Notes: a model not told the origin generated them from the letters alone. Numbered from the stretch's first letter, positions 37,251-46,308 are shown. The stretch is DNA of 64,000 bases from an uncultured Candidatus Saccharibacteria bacterium (GCA_964654205.1 CAZZHR010000001.1:65953-129952), one strand, 5' to 3'. Made by a program: numbers and translations.

Positions 37251-38881
37251 CGACGTCTCAAGCAATACAGATCGTTCGCATGAGTCGGGACGTACAATAG
37301 TCCTGACGCGGGGTCGTGCGCTATCTTATTCACAATCCGCTCCGTGGCGGGGAAAATACCTAGCTCCTTGCCAGTGTCTTTGTCGAGCTCATACATGATG
37401 CCGTCGTTGCTGCCAACGAACACAGATTGGCCTGCGACATGGGGACTGGAGAAAACGCGCCCTCTCGTGCGAAACTTCCATGCGATTTTTCCAGTATCAA
37501 CATGGAAGCTGTAGACGTTCTTGTCAGTTGACCCTACGAAGAGTCGATCGTGATCGAGCGCCGGTGTCGAAAAAATCGGCCCCAATGTCTCAAGGGTACG
37601 GACTAATGTGCCGGTACGAACGTCGACAACGTGGACGTATCCGTCAAAGCATCCGAAAAAGACCAAGCTGCGCGAATCGTCAAATACACATGACGCCTTG
37701 ACTTCACTGCCAACGGAATATTTCCAGATGAGCTTCCCCGTCGATGTGTCAAGACAGTACACGTCTCCACTGTTGCTGCCGCATATTACAACACCCAGAG
37801 AGTCCGAGACAGCTGGTGAGGCATGAACGAGCGAGGGGATTCGGTACGACCAGCGCAACTTCCCCGTTCGTGCATCAAGTGCAGCGATACCGCCTCGCTT
37901 ACTCCATAAGCCGAATTCGAGACCGATGAAGACGGTTTGCTGTCGTGGGCTAACGCAAGGAGACGAACCGACCCAGTCCGCATCCCGGTACACCCACCGC
38001 GCCCGTCCATCCTGAACATTGAGTGCGTATACGTTGCCATCGTAGGCCCCAAAAAAGAGCATATCGTTTTCTATTGCTGGGGAAGAAAAGATTCGTTTCG
38101 CGCCCTCACCCAATAAAGTCTTGAACTCCCACAACGTTTCCCCGCTCGCCTTGCAGAAGGCGCGCATACGACCTCTGTCGTCCCCCATATATACACGCTC
38201 GCCATCGACTGCCGGCCCCGATTTTGGAAGTACATGAAAAAAATTCGCATCTTTGCCGGTCGAACGCCAGACCACTTCGAATACAAGCCGGTCGTGAAGT
38301 GCTCGAGGCGGGGTATCTTCGAGTCGTGCGGTTGGGAAATCAGACAACTCGAACAGTGAGAGTATTCGCACCCCCCGTTGTTCGAGCTCAGCATAGTACG
38401 CTCGTGCGCGAAAACGCAGTATCACGAATACCGCCTTCACGTGCAGACCCTCTTTCTCGAGGATGTTGATTTGCTTGAGAATGCTTTGGCCTGAATTCAA
38501 AATGTCGTCCACGAGGACGACAGGCTGCGAGTTCAGATCACCCTCGATATTGTTTTGTAGCCCGTCCTTATCCCGTGATTTGCGAATGTAGAATCCGTTT
38601 ATGTCGTGACCTGATTCTCGTCCTTTCAGTACGAGGGCGGTAATGAGGGGGAGGGACGCGGTCTCCATTCCGCCTACCTGAAACGGTGCAAGGGATTTGA
38701 TTTCCGACCAGGCGAGTGCGGTTATTGTCTCGAGCATCTCGCCGCGCAGCATAATCTTTCTGAAATCAAATATCCACTTCATGGGCATGCCGGAGGGCGA
38801 GACGATCGGCCGGTCGGCGTGCGTAGCGAACACTCGTGTATCTATCGCAGATCTCAACATCTCCTTGCGCGACGGTGCTTC
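37229..38881 (-). CDS. Fusion protein: N-terminal type-I phosphoribosyltransferase domain plus C-terminal PQQ-like beta-propeller repeats
   Basis: PRTase 'PVVLVDDILNSGQS' PRPP-binding motif. Six or more repeats of the 'G.VY..D..TG...W.' PQQ/BamB-type pattern. Start taken at MEAPSRKEM (the ORF extends to 38959). Confidence 0.65.
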   Translation of the reverse strand, partial: EAPSRKEMLRSAIDTRVFATHADRPIVSPSGMPMKWIFDFRKIMLRGEMLETITALAWSEIKSLAPFQVGGMETASLPLITALVLKGRESGHDINGFYIRKSRDKDGLQNNIEGDLNSQPVVLVDDILNSGQSILKQINILEKEGLHVKAVFVILRFRARAYYAELEQRGVRILSLFELSDFPTARLEDTPPRALHDRLVFEVVWRSTGKDANFFHVLPKSGPAVDGERVYMGDDRGRMRAFCKASGETLWEFKTLLGEGAKRIFSSPAIENDMLFFGAYDGNVYALNVQDGRARWVYRDADWVGSSPCVSPRQQTVFIGLEFGLWSKRGGIAALDARTGKLRWSYRIPSLVHASPAVSDSLGVVICGSNSGDVYCLDTSTGKLIWKYSVGSEVKASCVFDDSRSLVFFGCFDGYVHVVDVRTGTLVRTLETLGPIFSTPALDHDRLFVGSTDKNVYSFHVDTGKIAWKFRTRGRVFSSPHVAGQSVFVGSNDGIMYELDKDTGKELGIFPATERIVNKIAHDPASGLLYVPTHANDLYCLRRRQPNTIE

Positions 38882-38993
38882 CATGGAGTCGTTGCAGGAT
38901 ACCACGGTAGATATTCCCCACGCGCCAGCAAGTCCAAGATGGATATCCACACGAAGCACGTACCGTAAAATGTGACCGTGATAGCATCAGCGC

Positions 38994-39260
38994 ATGGCGG
39001 ATAGAGCTGTACGAACAGTTAAGTTCTTTAGGATTTTAATTGCCGTTGTATTTAGCGCCATCGGCATATTTGTGCTTGCGGTACTGGGAGATCGAAAGAA
39101 CGACAACCTCGGCTCCGGATTCGTCGATAAGGCGTTCGCGGATGCTCCGTATGCCCAAGGCAGTTATTTCGATGAAGGTGGGGGTGCCGTCGCGGGAGAC
39201 GGAGGGTGCGGATGTGATGGATCTGACGGGAGTGGAGGCGACGGAAGCGATGGGGGTTGA
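38994..39260 (+). CDS. Candidate small membrane protein with Gly/Asp-rich tail
   Basis: One TM helix. Tail 'GGGAVAGDGGCGCDGSDGSGGDGSDGG'. The stop overlaps the start of the next gene. Confidence 0.3.
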   Translation: MADRAVRTVKFFRILIAVVFSAIGIFVLAVLGDRKNDNLGSGFVDKAFADAPYAQGSYFDEGGGAVAGDGGCGCDGSDGSGGDGSDGG

Positions 39261-39262
39261 TT

Positions 39263-40432
39263 ATGGATGAGTTGGCGACACAGTCAGATCAAAATACTTC
39301 ACAAGGTCGGTACCTTTCTGTCGCAATAATTGTGATAGTGGTTATTCTGTCAGTACTCCCTGCGTTCGCATACTACGTTCTGGTCTTGTTGCAGGAAAAC
39401 GACACACCCCTCGCGGATGAGTATCAGTTCTCGGGCTCGTACCAGTCTGAAGTGCCGAAAGAACTCATCCAGCTTCGGTCTGAGGGGAAGCTCGCAGAGG
39501 CTGTAACCGAACTTGAGCGTTTACAGTCGACACTAGCGGAGCCGAACGCGCAAGCCCTCGCGACGTTTAATGCCACCATGCTGCGTTTTCAACTTACAAG
39601 CGATTTCTCTACGTACCTTGAAGACATACGAAATTTAAAAAGTGTAGTCCTAGACCCGGATGTAGATCAGTGGGTGCGCATCAAGGCTCTAAACTCAGTA
39701 TCCGCAGCGTACTGTCGATCGGGGCGCGATCCTCGCGCTTTTGAGGAAATATACAAGGGGGAACCATTCGAGAAGTACCTTGTACCCGGGGATCCAGATC
39801 TCTCTGCTCGCAAACTTGCGGAGTGGTCTTACAGTATTCGTCCCACATCGTTTGCGGCAGCTCGGATAGCGCGCTGGTATTCCGAGACAATCATGCACGA
39901 CGATTCGCTTGATGAAACAACGCGCAATCAGTACTTGGAGGAAACGACGTTTTGGATTAGGGAGGCTGATAGGCTCGTTGCCAGGGAGCTTCGCGATCCC
40001 ACGTTTATAAACACCATGCAGTACGCGACATACGACTTGTGGACGACGGTGGCCACAGGTCGGCTCGCTGCAGTCGTGGGGGAGCCCTACAGAAGCGAAT
40101 ATCGGTCACGGTTTGAGAATCTTTTCGCGACGCTTAAGAACAATCCGAACTACAACACAGAAGAGTTTGTTTTCCTGGGGCTGCATTTCTACGCGCAACT
40201 ACTCGAAAGTGTAGACAGCGACACGGCGGCGGCCAAGGCGCGGGCAGATGAGCTTGCGGGCATGATCGATTCCTTGGAGAATCCCGAGATCATGACCTAC
40301 GTGCGTTTCTTACGAAATGAGTATGCACATCGAAGCAGCGGGTACATTTGGCAGAACACGCTTGCTTTAATGAATATTTCGCCCGCATACAAAGCATCTG
40401 TGGAACGGTTGCTCGCCGTTTCAAATCGTTAG
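39263..40432 (+). CDS. Membrane-anchored alpha-helical hypothetical protein
   Basis: N-terminal TM 'YLSVAIIVIVVILSVLPAFAYYVLVLL', then helical repeats. No motif recognised. Confidence 0.5.
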   Translation: MDELATQSDQNTSQGRYLSVAIIVIVVILSVLPAFAYYVLVLLQENDTPLADEYQFSGSYQSEVPKELIQLRSEGKLAEAVTELERLQSTLAEPNAQALATFNATMLRFQLTSDFSTYLEDIRNLKSVVLDPDVDQWVRIKALNSVSAAYCRSGRDPRAFEEIYKGEPFEKYLVPGDPDLSARKLAEWSYSIRPTSFAAARIARWYSETIMHDDSLDETTRNQYLEETTFWIREADRLVARELRDPTFINTMQYATYDLWTTVATGRLAAVVGEPYRSEYRSRFENLFATLKNNPNYNTEEFVFLGLHFYAQLLESVDSDTAAAKARADELAGMIDSLENPEIMTYVRFLRNEYAHRSSGYIWQNTLALMNISPAYKASVERLLAVSNR

Positions 40433-40447
40433 TTTCCAATCGTTGTC

Positions 40448-41230
40448 ATGCGACATGCGAAGTATGTCACTGCTATCGCGTCGCTTCTTCTGCTTGTGGC
40501 GATTGTCGCCTCGACTACCGGGGCGTACTTTCCACTTCGACTGTCATACGCGCTACGCCCCACACCAGAGCGTGCGCTCACCCTCGGTAGCATGCATTTC
40601 GATTCAACGCGTCCATACTTGTATGACATAGACGATGCGGAGAGATTCTTACATAGTGCCTACGACCAAGACCCCAACCTCCCTACCATTAGTCACCAAC
40701 TTGCGCGCATCGCATTCTTGCGCGGCGATTTCAGACGGGCAATGGCATTTATAGACCAAGAGATCAGCCTACAGGGAGAGTCGTTCCCCAACGCGTTTTA
40801 TATGAGAGGACTGATACGGGGATACCAGGGACACTATCACGAAGCGGCGTTAGACTACGTGGTGTACCTGAAACATGATCCACATAATTGGTCGGCGCTC
40901 ACCGATTACGCATGGGTACTCACGAAGGCAGGGAGAACTGACGACGCTCGCAATGTACTCAAGGGGGCAGTCAGTTCCTTCCCGCATAACCCATGGCTCT
41001 TGAATTTGTACGCAGTTGTTCTTTATGAAGTTGGAGAGTACAGAGAGGCCCTCATTCATGCGCATGCTGCTCAGAGAGCTTTAGAGAATCTCACGGAACA
41101 AGATTGGCTCGTAGCGTACCCGGGCAACGATCCTGCCACAGCGAGATCGGGCATCCGAGCTCTGAAAGATGCCGTGGATACGAATATGCACATGGTCGCA
41201 AGGGTGCTAGCAGTCCATGACGTACAATAG
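40448..41230 (+). CDS. Membrane-anchored TPR-repeat protein
   Basis: N-terminal TM. TPR-like 'A..Y..A' periodicity ('AMAFIDQEISLQ', 'NAFYMRGLIRGYQGHYHEAALDYVVYLKHDP'). Confidence 0.55.
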   Translation: MRHAKYVTAIASLLLLVAIVASTTGAYFPLRLSYALRPTPERALTLGSMHFDSTRPYLYDIDDAERFLHSAYDQDPNLPTISHQLARIAFLRGDFRRAMAFIDQEISLQGESFPNAFYMRGLIRGYQGHYHEAALDYVVYLKHDPHNWSALTDYAWVLTKAGRTDDARNVLKGAVSSFPHNPWLLNLYAVVLYEVGEYREALIHAHAAQRALENLTEQDWLVAYPGNDPATARSGIRALKDAVDTNMHMVARVLAVHDVQ

Positions 41231-41255
41231 TCGTGTGAGGTCTTCTCTGCAAATA

Positions 41256-42218
41256 ATGCGCGCGTACTCAAATTATCAACTCGCTGTTTGGTTGCTTCTC
41301 CTGATTGCGGGTCTGTGCGGCCTCTCACTGTTCATTAGTGGCTTCACAAAGCCTTTCGAGTCGTCAGAACTTGCGTTTACAGACAGGTCGCCCGCGGGTC
41401 TTAGTATAGTTCCGGCTTCGTGCCCCTCAAACCCGCACTACGCGGGAGAGTGCGGGGTTGACGGAAGCGGGCCTGGGCCAGCGGGCAGCGGGTCGCCGGG
41501 TTCGACACCTCCGAGTGTGTCGAGCGGCAATGCGTGCGTGATTGGCCTGAGCCCCTCGACGGTCGTGGTAGGTGGCTCCGCCGTGCTCTCATGGTCTTCG
41601 AACTACCAGATTTTCGGCATTCCGTTTCCGGTTGCGGGTACGATTTCACCGTCGCCCGGGGCTGTTGCCGCGTCGGGGGTGACTACAGTCGCGCCCCCCG
41701 GGTCGGTCAACTATACGGGCACCTTCACTCCAACGGGCTCTCTCAATGGCATTCCGCAAAATTGGCTAACACCCGTCACCTGCAGTTCGCTGCTTACAGT
41801 GTTGCCCGGGACTCCGGGGGTGGCACAGTGCGCACAGCAGAATTTCTGCGTCGGACAGGACATCTACCAACAGTCGACAAGCTGCACGAATACATTCATT
41901 CAGCGCTGCCCGTATGGGTGCGCGAATGGTGTGTGCCTCGGTCCTCAGCCTCCGGTGGGATTCATACGAGTCCGACCCTCGCTCCTGAGGACGGGGGATT
42001 CGACAATCGTCGAGTGGAGTGCGTCAAACGTGTCGTCCTGCGTAGTTGCTGAGAATAACCCGCTCATCAATGATTCGTGGACGGGGGCAGACGGCGTGCA
42101 GGCCTCGAGCCCCATCAGCGGCCAGACTGTCTACACACTCTCCTGTGCGGGTCTCGATGGAAGCACGCTCGGCAGAAGCGCGACCGTCAACATCACGCCG
42201 ACCTTCGACGAACAATAG
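41256..42218 (+). CDS. Secreted protein sharing the C-terminal module of the glycine-rich proteins
   Basis: Signal/TM 'LAVWLLLLIAGLCGLSLFISGF'. C-terminal 'IVEWSASNVSSCVVAENNPLINDSWTG..SSPISGQTVYTLSCAGLDGS' parallels the C-termini of 22606..24393 and 29464..31179. Confidence 0.6.
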   Translation: MRAYSNYQLAVWLLLLIAGLCGLSLFISGFTKPFESSELAFTDRSPAGLSIVPASCPSNPHYAGECGVDGSGPGPAGSGSPGSTPPSVSSGNACVIGLSPSTVVVGGSAVLSWSSNYQIFGIPFPVAGTISPSPGAVAASGVTTVAPPGSVNYTGTFTPTGSLNGIPQNWLTPVTCSSLLTVLPGTPGVAQCAQQNFCVGQDIYQQSTSCTNTFIQRCPYGCANGVCLGPQPPVGFIRVRPSLLRTGDSTIVEWSASNVSSCVVAENNPLINDSWTGADGVQASSPISGQTVYTLSCAGLDGSTLGRSATVNITPTFDEQ

Positions 42219-42221
42219 GAT

Positions 42222-42698
42222 ATGCGAGGTGGTATCATTACAAACATGAATGCGTTTCGCCCCACTCTTATCGTGGCGTTTGTCTGCGCGGCGTTCGCGC
42301 TGCCACTCTTCGTATCCGCACAAGCGAGCGACGAGGCCGCTCTAAGCAGTACGATACGCGCAGCCATTCTCTCCGACCCGCGTTCGCAGTCGATGACGGA
42401 AGCGGAAGTGGATGCGATGGTCGTCGCGCTTACGCGCCAGGCGCAGTCGGTCGGCATGACGGCGGATGATATCGTATGGCGACCTGCTGAAACTGGAACT
42501 GTTGGAGACGGCGCGGCAGGGGAGTGCGGCTTCCTCTGTGCGCTCAATCACGCGTTTGGCTTCGATGGCTCCGATTACACGATTCCGATTTGGCTCGGAG
42601 CATGCTCGCTTATGCTGATATTCCTTATTGCTGCAATCTGGGAATACCAGCACCTGCACAAGCGTCGTGCCGCTTCCCAGCCTCCGCAGGTGCAGTAG
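42222..42698 (+). CDS. Small exported/membrane protein
   Basis: Signal peptide 'MNAFRPTLIVAFVCAAFALPLFVSAQA' and a C-terminal TM helix. Confidence 0.45.
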   Translation: MRGGIITNMNAFRPTLIVAFVCAAFALPLFVSAQASDEAALSSTIRAAILSDPRSQSMTEAEVDAMVVALTRQAQSVGMTADDIVWRPAETGTVGDGAAGECGFLCALNHAFGFDGSDYTIPIWLGACSLMLIFLIAAIWEYQHLHKRRAASQPPQVQ

Positions 42699-42791
42699 TT
42701 GCATACTGAGTCTCTCCTGTGTATAGTGCCTCGACCCACGTCCCTCCGCCGACTGGCGGAAGGGACCAATAGGCAAAGATGCGATAGCGTC

Positions 42792-42816
42792 GCGCCTATG
42801 GGCGCGTTTTCTTTTT
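42792..42816 (+). terminator. Terminator-like hairpin (GCGCC-TATG-GGCGC plus GTTTTCTTTTT) ending 9 bp before rplC start; possible leader attenuator
   Basis: Read directly. A second imperfect hairpin (CCCTCCGCC..GGCGGAAGGG) lies just upstream. Confidence 0.5.
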
Positions 42817-42824
42817 CAACATCT

Positions 42825-43436
42825 ATGAAATATATGCTTGGCACCAAAGGCCGCATGACCCAGGTCTTCGACGACCGGGGTGTCGTTCGCGCTGCGACGA
42901 TTGTCTCCGCCGGGCCTCTTACGGTGACCCAAGTGAAGACCAAGGATGTGGACGGCTACGATGCCCTGCAGGTCGGCCTCGGCAAGCGCGCTGAAAAGAA
43001 CGTCGCAAAGCCTCAGAAAGGTCATCTCAAAGACCTCGCCCTCCCGGCTGTCATGCGCGAGATCCCTCTCTCCGGCGAATCAAAGCGTGGTGACACACTG
43101 GATATATCTGTGTTCGTCCCGGGCGATATCGTGGAAGTGTCTGCCATCTCAAAGGGCAAAGGTTTCCAAGGCGTCGTGAAGCGCCACGGCTTTAGCGGTG
43201 GCCCACGTTCGCACGGTCAGAAGAACAAGGAGCGTGCTCCGGGCTCTATCGGCGGCGGAGGTCGCGCAGGAGGCCGCGTGGTAAAGGGTATGCGCATGGC
43301 GGGGCGCATGGGCGGTGACCGCATCACAGTGCGCAACCTCCAGATTCTCCAGGTAGACGCGGAAAACAATCAGCTCCTCATCTCGGGTGCTATTCCGGGA
43401 CGTCCGGGCACACTCGTCGAAGTAAGGCAGAAGTAA
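42825..43436 (+). CDS. rplC: 50S ribosomal protein L3
   Basis: 'MLGTKGRMTQVFDD' N-terminus (the family starts MIGL.GKKVGMTR.F) and a Gly-rich C-terminal loop. Confidence 0.93.
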   Translation: MKYMLGTKGRMTQVFDDRGVVRAATIVSAGPLTVTQVKTKDVDGYDALQVGLGKRAEKNVAKPQKGHLKDLALPAVMREIPLSGESKRGDTLDISVFVPGDIVEVSAISKGKGFQGVVKRHGFSGGPRSHGQKNKERAPGSIGGGGRAGGRVVKGMRMAGRMGGDRITVRNLQILQVDAENNQLLISGAIPGRPGTLVEVRQK

Positions 43437-43437
43437 T

Positions 43438-44121
43438 ATGAAAACAGACATTTACAACATTCAGGGCAAAAAGGCCGGCTCCGTGGATCTCCCGGAGAAT
43501 GTCTTCGGACTCGCGTGGAACAACGCGCTCATGTACCAGGTCGTGACGGCGATGCAGGCCAACGCCCGCACGCCGGTGGCGCACACCAAGGGCCGCGGCG
43601 AAGTACGCGGCGGCGGCAAGAAGCCATGGCAGCAGAAAGGTACCGGCCGCGCACGCCACGGCTCTATCCGCTCACCGATATGGAAAGGCGGCGGCGTGAC
43701 GCATGGTCCGTCAAACGATAAGGTCTACGCACGCGAGATCCCCAAGAAAATGCGCGCGAAGGCTCTCTTCATGGCGCTCTCGAAAAAGCTCAAGGACGGC
43801 GAGCTTATCCTCGTCGACTCTTTCGGGTTCAAGAGCCCAAAGACCGCAGAGGCAAAAAAAGCGCTCACGGCACTTTCCAAGGAATTCAAGAACCTCTCCG
43901 CGAAGCACAATGCGGCGTTCATCGCGCTTCCCGAGAAGAACGAGGCAACAGAGAAGTCGTTCCGCAATATCGCGTCGGTCACATGCGGCACGGTCGGGAG
44001 CATGAATCCGGTCGCGGTGCTCAAGCATAAGTACGTGATTCTCGAGAACCCAGATGCGTCGGTGAAGATTGTTGCGAAGCGCGCCGAGAAGCGAGCAAAG
44101 AAAGCTCAGAAGGCCGCCTAA
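43438..44121 (+). CDS. rplD: 50S ribosomal protein L4
   Basis: 'RGGGKKPWQQKGTGRARHGS' motif. Confidence 0.93.
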   Translation: MKTDIYNIQGKKAGSVDLPENVFGLAWNNALMYQVVTAMQANARTPVAHTKGRGEVRGGGKKPWQQKGTGRARHGSIRSPIWKGGGVTHGPSNDKVYAREIPKKMRAKALFMALSKKLKDGELILVDSFGFKSPKTAEAKKALTALSKEFKNLSAKHNAAFIALPEKNEATEKSFRNIASVTCGTVGSMNPVAVLKHKYVILENPDASVKIVAKRAEKRAKKAQKAA

Positions 44122-44157
44122 CTATCACCGGAAACCTACTACCTGTAATCTATCTTT

Positions 44158-44541
44158 ATGGCACTCTTCAGCAGAACAAAGAAAACCCCCTCCTCCGCGA
44201 AAGCTTCGGAGGGCAAGGAAAACAAGGACAGGCTCGTCTTGCGAAGCTTTAGCGAAGCAAGAGACCTCACTCCTGTCCTCAGGCATGCGCGCATCACTGA
44301 GAAGGCGACCGTCGCACAGGGCAACAATGTGTATGTGTTCGATGTGAATACGTCGGCGAGCAAGCGCGACATCGTGCAGGCAGTAAGGACTCTCTACGGA
44401 GTGTTGCCACGCAAAGTCGCTGTCGTGAACATCCGGAAGAAGGCCATTCGCAACGCCCGCACCGGCCGTGTGGGGGTCAAGGGTGGCGGGAGAAAAGCGT
44501 ACGTGTATCTCAAAAAGGGTGATTCCATCACACTTGCCTAA
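44158..44541 (+). CDS. rplW: 50S ribosomal protein L23 (N-terminally extended)
   Basis: Core 'ITEKAT..QGNNVYVFDV..ASKRDI..AV..LYGV....V.V.N' L23 pattern. Confidence 0.88.
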   Translation: MALFSRTKKTPSSAKASEGKENKDRLVLRSFSEARDLTPVLRHARITEKATVAQGNNVYVFDVNTSASKRDIVQAVRTLYGVLPRKVAVVNIRKKAIRNARTGRVGVKGGGRKAYVYLKKGDSITLA

Positions 44542-44566
44542 AACCTAGCACCTATAACCTATTCGT

Positions 44567-45415
44567 ATGGCAATCAAAAAATACAAACCAACGTCGAAGT
44601 CGCAGAGGCAGCACACCTCCATCGACTACCGCAAGATGCTCTCCGGCCACAAGCCGCTGAAGGCACTTCTCAAGGGCAAAAAGCGCATGGGTGGCCGCAA
44701 CAGCTTCGGCCGCATCACGACGCGTCACCAGGGTGGCGGTCACAAGAAGCGCATGCGCGATGTCGACTTCACCTTCGACAAGAAGAACATCCCGGCAAAG
44801 ATTGCATCTATTGAGTACGACCCGTTCCGCTCGGCCTTTATCGGCCTCGCAGTCTACGCCGACGGCGCGAAGCGCTACGTCGTTCTCCCGCGCAATGTGC
44901 AGGTGGGGGACACGTTCGTCGTGTCTGAAAATGCTCCTATCAAGACGGCGAATCGCCTCATCCTCGGCAACATGCCCGTCGGTACATTTGTCTACAACAT
45001 CGAGCTCAAGCCGGGCGCAGGCGGCAAAATCGCGCGCTCCGCCGGCAACTATGCGGAAGTCGTGGCGCAGGACGCGGGATACACACATCTCAAAATGCCG
45101 TCTACCGAAGTGCGCCGCATTATATCGACCGCGTGGGCGACCGTAGGCGAGGCGAGCAACGAAGAACACCGCCTCGAGAACTGGGGCAAGGCTGGCCGCA
45201 CGCGCTGGAAGGGTATCCGCCCGACCGTGCGCGGTACCGCGATGAATCCGGTCGACCACCCGCACGGCGGAGGTGAAGGCCGTCAGGGTCGCGGCCACAG
45301 GCGCCAGCGCACCATGTGGGGCAAGCCGTCCGGCAAGGGCCAGAAGACCCGCCGCCCGAAGAAGTATTCAAACGTGTTTATCGTGACTCGGAGACGCGTA
45401 GGCAAACGAAAGTAG
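44567..45415 (+). CDS. rplB: 50S ribosomal protein L2
   Basis: 'GRNS.GRIT.RH.GGGHKKR', 'NPVDHPHGGGEG' motifs. Confidence 0.95.
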   Translation: MAIKKYKPTSKSQRQHTSIDYRKMLSGHKPLKALLKGKKRMGGRNSFGRITTRHQGGGHKKRMRDVDFTFDKKNIPAKIASIEYDPFRSAFIGLAVYADGAKRYVVLPRNVQVGDTFVVSENAPIKTANRLILGNMPVGTFVYNIELKPGAGGKIARSAGNYAEVVAQDAGYTHLKMPSTEVRRIISTAWATVGEASNEEHRLENWGKAGRTRWKGIRPTVRGTAMNPVDHPHGGGEGRQGRGHRRQRTMWGKPSGKGQKTRRPKKYSNVFIVTRRRVGKRK

Positions 45416-45487
45416 CCGAGAGCCTGCCCCGTTAGAACGCGAAGCGTTTCTAATGGGGTCGGCAAGCGAAAGTAATAAAAAAGAAAC

Positions 45488-45510
45488 AAGCCCGGGATAA
45501 TCCCGGGCTT
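45488..45510. terminator. Hairpin AAGCCCGGG-ATAAT-CCCGGGCTT flanked by A-rich and T-rich runs (terminator for the minus-strand gene, possibly bidirectional)
   Basis: Read directly. Confidence 0.6.
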
Positions 45511-45535
45511 GTGCGTTCTGCCACGAGGCGCAGCG

Positions 45536-45757
45536 CTACGGACGCGTCAGGTCGGCTCCGGTATCATCGTAGACCCGGTACGAGTCGTCGCCCTCGCGAC
45601 ACGCGAGGTTGTGCTCGCTTGCCAGCCGTACCTTCTCCGTAAGCTCTGATTCGGGAACATCGTCTATCAGATAGTAGCCTTGCCCGCGTGCGTCGAAACC
45701 CACGGTTCGCACCATGCCTTTCGGGGCGCGCAGAGCAATTGTGATCGGTGTATCCAT
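45536..45757 (-). CDS. Small hypothetical protein (73 aa)
   Basis: AGGAG RBS 6 nt upstream of the ATG and a downstream terminator. Weak similarity to the adjacent 45963..46208 product ('GQGYYLIDDVPESELTEKV' vs 'NGSYYRREETANLSPETVNG'). Confidence 0.45.
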   Translation of the reverse strand: MDTPITIALRAPKGMVRTVGFDARGQGYYLIDDVPESELTEKVRLASEHNLACREGDDSYRVYDDTGADLTRP

Positions 45758-45962
45758 CAGGCGCTCCTGTGACCGCAACAGCCGATACCGTAGCACACTC
45801 GTCGAGTAAACAAAAAGGGCTTACAGGTCGCCCCGCTCCTGCGGCTCCCGCGCCGGCTGGCCGTTACCTTTTCGAACACGCTGCGTACTCAAATAGAAAG
45901 GCCCGGTCCGCCGGCTGGCGGATCCGGGGCCTTTTCGTCGTGGCTGTAGACGGCACTTGTCG

Positions 45963-46208
45963 TTAGAGGGTAGCCCGTCGCTTCCAGTAAATGGAAAGTC
46001 GCGATGGCGCAAAGAACTCTTGTTGGCAGACGATGCCGTTGACCGTCTCAGGGGAAAGGTTGGCAGTTTCCTCGCGCCTGTAGTACGAGCCGTTTCGCTC
46101 GACCACCTCAGCCGCCTTCCAACCGTTTCTTGAAGATACGAGGGCGTAGGCCGCATCTCCCCGGAGGAAAACGAAGTCCTTGTCACCAAGTGGGATGAGT
46201 CCTTTCAT
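45963..46208 (-). CDS. Small hypothetical protein (81 aa)
   Basis: GGGAG RBS upstream. It lies between rplB and rpsS on the opposite strand. Confidence 0.4.
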   Translation of the reverse strand: MKGLIPLGDKDFVFLRGDAAYALVSSRNGWKAAEVVERNGSYYRREETANLSPETVNGIVCQQEFFAPSRLSIYWKRRATL

Positions 46209-46270
46209 GATACGAAACTCCCGCGAAAGCTAATGCAGAAAATACCAGACATTGCGCTAGATGCAAAAAA

Positions 46271-46298
46271 TTGACAGGAAGCTCGGACAGGTATACAT
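46271..46298 (+). promoter_or_regulatory. Sigma-70-like promoter TTGACA-16 nt-TATACA upstream of rpsS
   Basis: Read directly. Confidence 0.5.
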
Positions 46299-46308
46299 TG
46301 TCCGCACT

